Origin: a virus
Reading direction: 5' to 3' (one strand)
DNA: 64,000 bases
IMG/VR virus record: IMGVR_UViG_3300032360_000001
Coordinates: 25,346 to 89,345 of that record
In this document: in pieces, positions 62,344 to 64,000 of the stretch
Layout of the letters: each line of letters starts with the position of its first letter
Numbering within the stretch: position 1 is the first letter of the stretch
Position numbers and translations under genes: made by a program
The notes under the pieces: generated by a model
Told to the model about the DNA's origin: nothing
What the model saw: only the letters and a program-made list of their open reading frames with translations
Database searches by the model: none

Positions 62344-62469
62344 CTAAAATAATGCTTTAAGGATTGCTTCAATGGTGATTGCGATAATAACTACCGCACC
62401 GAATACGGGGAAGATGCATAGCGTAAAAAATCCGCTTAACTGCAACATCTCTCTTGTGTCTCTTTTCAT
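62344..62469 (-). CDS. 41-aa membrane peptide (not in the ORF track)
   Basis: MKRDTREMLQLSGFFTLCIFPVFGAVVIIAITIEAILKALF; fills the gap exactly. Confidence 0.6.
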   Translation of the reverse strand: MKRDTREMLQLSGFFTLCIFPVFGAVVIIAITIEAILKALF

Positions 62470-62473
62470 AATC

Positions 62474-62632
62474 TTAATAAATATCAATCTCGTTTTCTGT
62501 TAGCTCAAAATCTTGCCCATCTTCATCAATCGCAATGATGGTGTCAAATTCTGTAATCTCATCAACTATCATTAGTTGCATACCAAAGCGAATCTCATCG
62601 CCTACCTTTAATGTCTTGTTTTCTATTGTCAT
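62474..62632 (-). CDS. 52-aa acidic SH3-like protein (not in the ORF track)
   Basis: MTIENKTLKVGDEIRFGMQLMIVDEI...; fills the gap. Confidence 0.7.
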   Translation of the reverse strand: MTIENKTLKVGDEIRFGMQLMIVDEITEFDTIIAIDEDGQDFELTENEIDIY

Positions 62633-62638
62633 AATCTT

Positions 62639-62878
62639 TTAGCTGTAAACTTCGTAATCTTCGTCGTAAGCAAATGCGTGAGTTGCTTCAGTGTAAGCAG
62701 CAACTTCATCGGTTACGGTGGTGTTGCTAATGTAGCCAAAGCGGCAAAGGTTGCGAGCAACCCATTCAGCTTGGTGAGAGTCAATCGCCTCTAGCACTAT
62801 GTTGATATAACGAGAGCCAGCAAATGCTGTCGTAAACTCTACGTTGTAAGTTTTCATTTTGTTTTTCATATTCTTCAT
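62639..62878 (-). CDS. Hypothetical early protein
   Basis: Start reassigned to the ATG after promoter copy 4. Confidence 0.75.
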   Translation of the reverse strand: MKNMKNKMKTYNVEFTTAFAGSRYINIVLEAIDSHQAEWVARNLCRFGYISNTTVTDEVAAYTEATHAFAYDEDYEVYS

Positions 62879-62921
62879 GCGTCTAGTATAGCATACAGGG
62901 TGGGACATCTGTAGTCCTACC
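62879..62921 (-). promoter_or_regulatory. Palindrome plus -10 promoter, copy 4
   Basis: GGTAGGAC-TACAGAT-GTCCCACC-N8-TATACT-AGACGC-ATG. Confidence 0.8.
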
Positions 62922-63120
62922 TACATCTTTCTATATCTTTTTCTCTGCGTAAATCTTCCTCTTCCTCATGGGTGAACAGGCGGCCCGCTTCTACGTTGGC
63001 AATCTTTAAGCCAATCTTGCTGCCAAAGAAATTGGCCCGCACATCAGCGATGGATGCGCCAGTAGCGGCCCAGCGTGTGCCGTTTGCGGTGGTTACGATA
63101 AAGTCTTTTATGTCTTTCAT
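62917..63120 (-). CDS. Hypothetical early protein
   Basis: ATG 63120 after a sigma70-type promoter. Confidence 0.75.
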   Translation of the reverse strand: MKDIKDFIVTTANGTRWAATGASIADVRANFFGSKIGLKIANVEAGRLFTHEEEEDLRREKDIERCR

Positions 63121-63155
63121 TGTTATAATATAACACAAAAAACCCTGTTTGTCAA
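63121..63155 (-). promoter_or_regulatory. Sigma70-type promoter, leaderless
   Basis: TTGACA-N17-TATATT-N6-ATG. Confidence 0.85.
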
Positions 63156-63163
63156 TGGCATAG

Positions 63164-63246
63164 TTATACAAAGTATTCACAAAATAAGCTTGCATTGTGA
63201 ATAACTTCGGGGGCCCGCCCAAGCCGTCAAGCTAAAGTTATCCACA
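63164..63246. repeat. Intergenic repeat module with DnaA-box-like 9-mers
   Basis: TTATACAAA, GTATTCACA, TGTGAATAA-CTTCGGGGGCCC...GTCAAGC, TTATCCACA. Confidence 0.75.
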
Positions 63247-63249
63247 GGC

Positions 63250-63489
63250 CTACCAGTCTGGGTACTCATGGGCGTCATGCCATGCGTCATCCGCATAGCT
63301 GCCATAGCCATCGTCCATGCTGCCACCACAGCACCCGCAGCAAGGCGCATCCTCACACTGGCCCGTGACCTCCTTATGGGAGGGCTGGGGCTGGGCCTGC
63401 TGGGCCTCATGCTCCATCTGGGCCTCGACGTCAGGGGTGATGGCCTCCTCGCAGGAAACCCGAATCATGTCATGTAGTTCGTTCATCAT
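63250..63489 (-). CDS. Small Cys-motif protein (CEDAPCCGCC)
   Basis: 79 aa; TTGCGC-N16-TATAAT-N6-ATG upstream. Confidence 0.8.
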   Translation of the reverse strand: MMNELHDMIRVSCEEAITPDVEAQMEHEAQQAQPQPSHKEVTGQCEDAPCCGCCGGSMDDGYGSYADDAWHDAHEYPDW

Positions 63490-63534
63490 TTAAAAATTAT
63501 ATCAGACTGGCTAAAAAGCGCAATTAAAAGTTAT

Positions 63535-63903
63535 TCACACACGCTGCGGGAATGGTTTAGACTCATGCCCACACGCGTCCATGGGGTCAAGATGGGCCTT
63601 GCCATCGATGCACTCACGTTGCCACGCGTGCAGATTAGACACACACCATCCCGCGCTCCGAAAATCACCGTCCTCATCGACGGGCCAAAAAATTCTAGAT
63701 GACCCCATTGGGCTGGTGGCCTGAATCTCATCGATGGGCAACCATCCCAACCACCCATGCCCACCGCGCAAACAAACACGCTCCGCGACGGAATTATGGC
63801 CCGTAAGCTCGCGGGTCACATCTTCAAAAATTGGCCCATGCTCGCGGATGCGGTTGCGGGTGCGGCGGGTGGCGTTAGAGGCTGCTGTCAATTTCAGTTT
63901 CAT
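63535..63903 (-). CDS. Hypothetical early protein
   Basis: ATG 63903 after a sigma70-type promoter; MKLKLTAASNATRRTRNRIREHG...GWLGWLP. Confidence 0.75.
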   Translation of the reverse strand: MKLKLTAASNATRRTRNRIREHGPIFEDVTRELTGHNSVAERVCLRGGHGWLGWLPIDEIQATSPMGSSRIFWPVDEDGDFRSAGWCVSNLHAWQRECIDGKAHLDPMDACGHESKPFPQRV

Positions 63904-63939
63904 TAGGGATAATATAACACGAAAAAACGCATCTGTCAA
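63904..63939 (-). promoter_or_regulatory. Sigma70-type promoter, leaderless
   Basis: TTGACA-N17-TATATT-N7-ATG. Confidence 0.85.
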
Positions 63940-63947
63940 CCCTAAAC

Positions 63948-64000
63948 TTACTCACACGTTATTCACGAAAAAAAAGCTTGACTGTGAATAACTCGGCGGG
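63948..64000. repeat. Intergenic repeat module with DnaA-box-like 9-mers (truncated)
   Basis: TTACTCACA, TTATTCACG, GCTTGAC-TGTGAATAA-CTCGGCGGG. Confidence 0.7.

Noticed and set aside
60500-64000. Repeats considered as a CRISPR array or integron attC sites
   Set aside because: The spacers are whole genes of variable length, the repeats are promoter-shaped, and there is no cas gene, integrase or attC core pattern.
1-64000. Alternative genetic code
   Set aside because: Genes tile densely under the standard code and end in all three stop codons.

Overview
A 64 kb segment of a large tailed dsDNA phage (Caudoviricetes; no tail sheath gene seen; a lipoprotein/spanin-like gene points to a diderm host). 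Almost all genes are on the minus strand. Reading right to left: (1) an early-type region (60-64 kb) of small genes in repeated cassettes with leaderless promoters, a 23-bp palindrome and DnaA-box clusters; (2) a tmRNA with a 35-aa tag and a degenerate tRNA-like RNA; (3) PhoH, a sigma factor, an FkbM methyltransferase, an ERCC4-type nuclease, terminase and portal; (4) a second tail-tube paralogue, a tubulin/FtsZ-family GTPase, a holin/spanin-like cluster and a ClpP; (5) prohead protease/scaffold, decoration and major capsid genes; (6) collagen-like fibre and LamG genes next to a glycosyltransferase, three sulfotransferases and a radical SAM gene; (7) neck and tail genes; (8) a giant tape measure ORF (16426 to beyond base 1, at least 5475 aa, absent from the ORF track) with embedded HAD-phosphatase, LysM, peptidoglycan-binding and SleB-like domains. 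A GTGTAA/TRTAAWT motif precedes many late genes. All protein calls come from manual motif recognition; no database searches were run.
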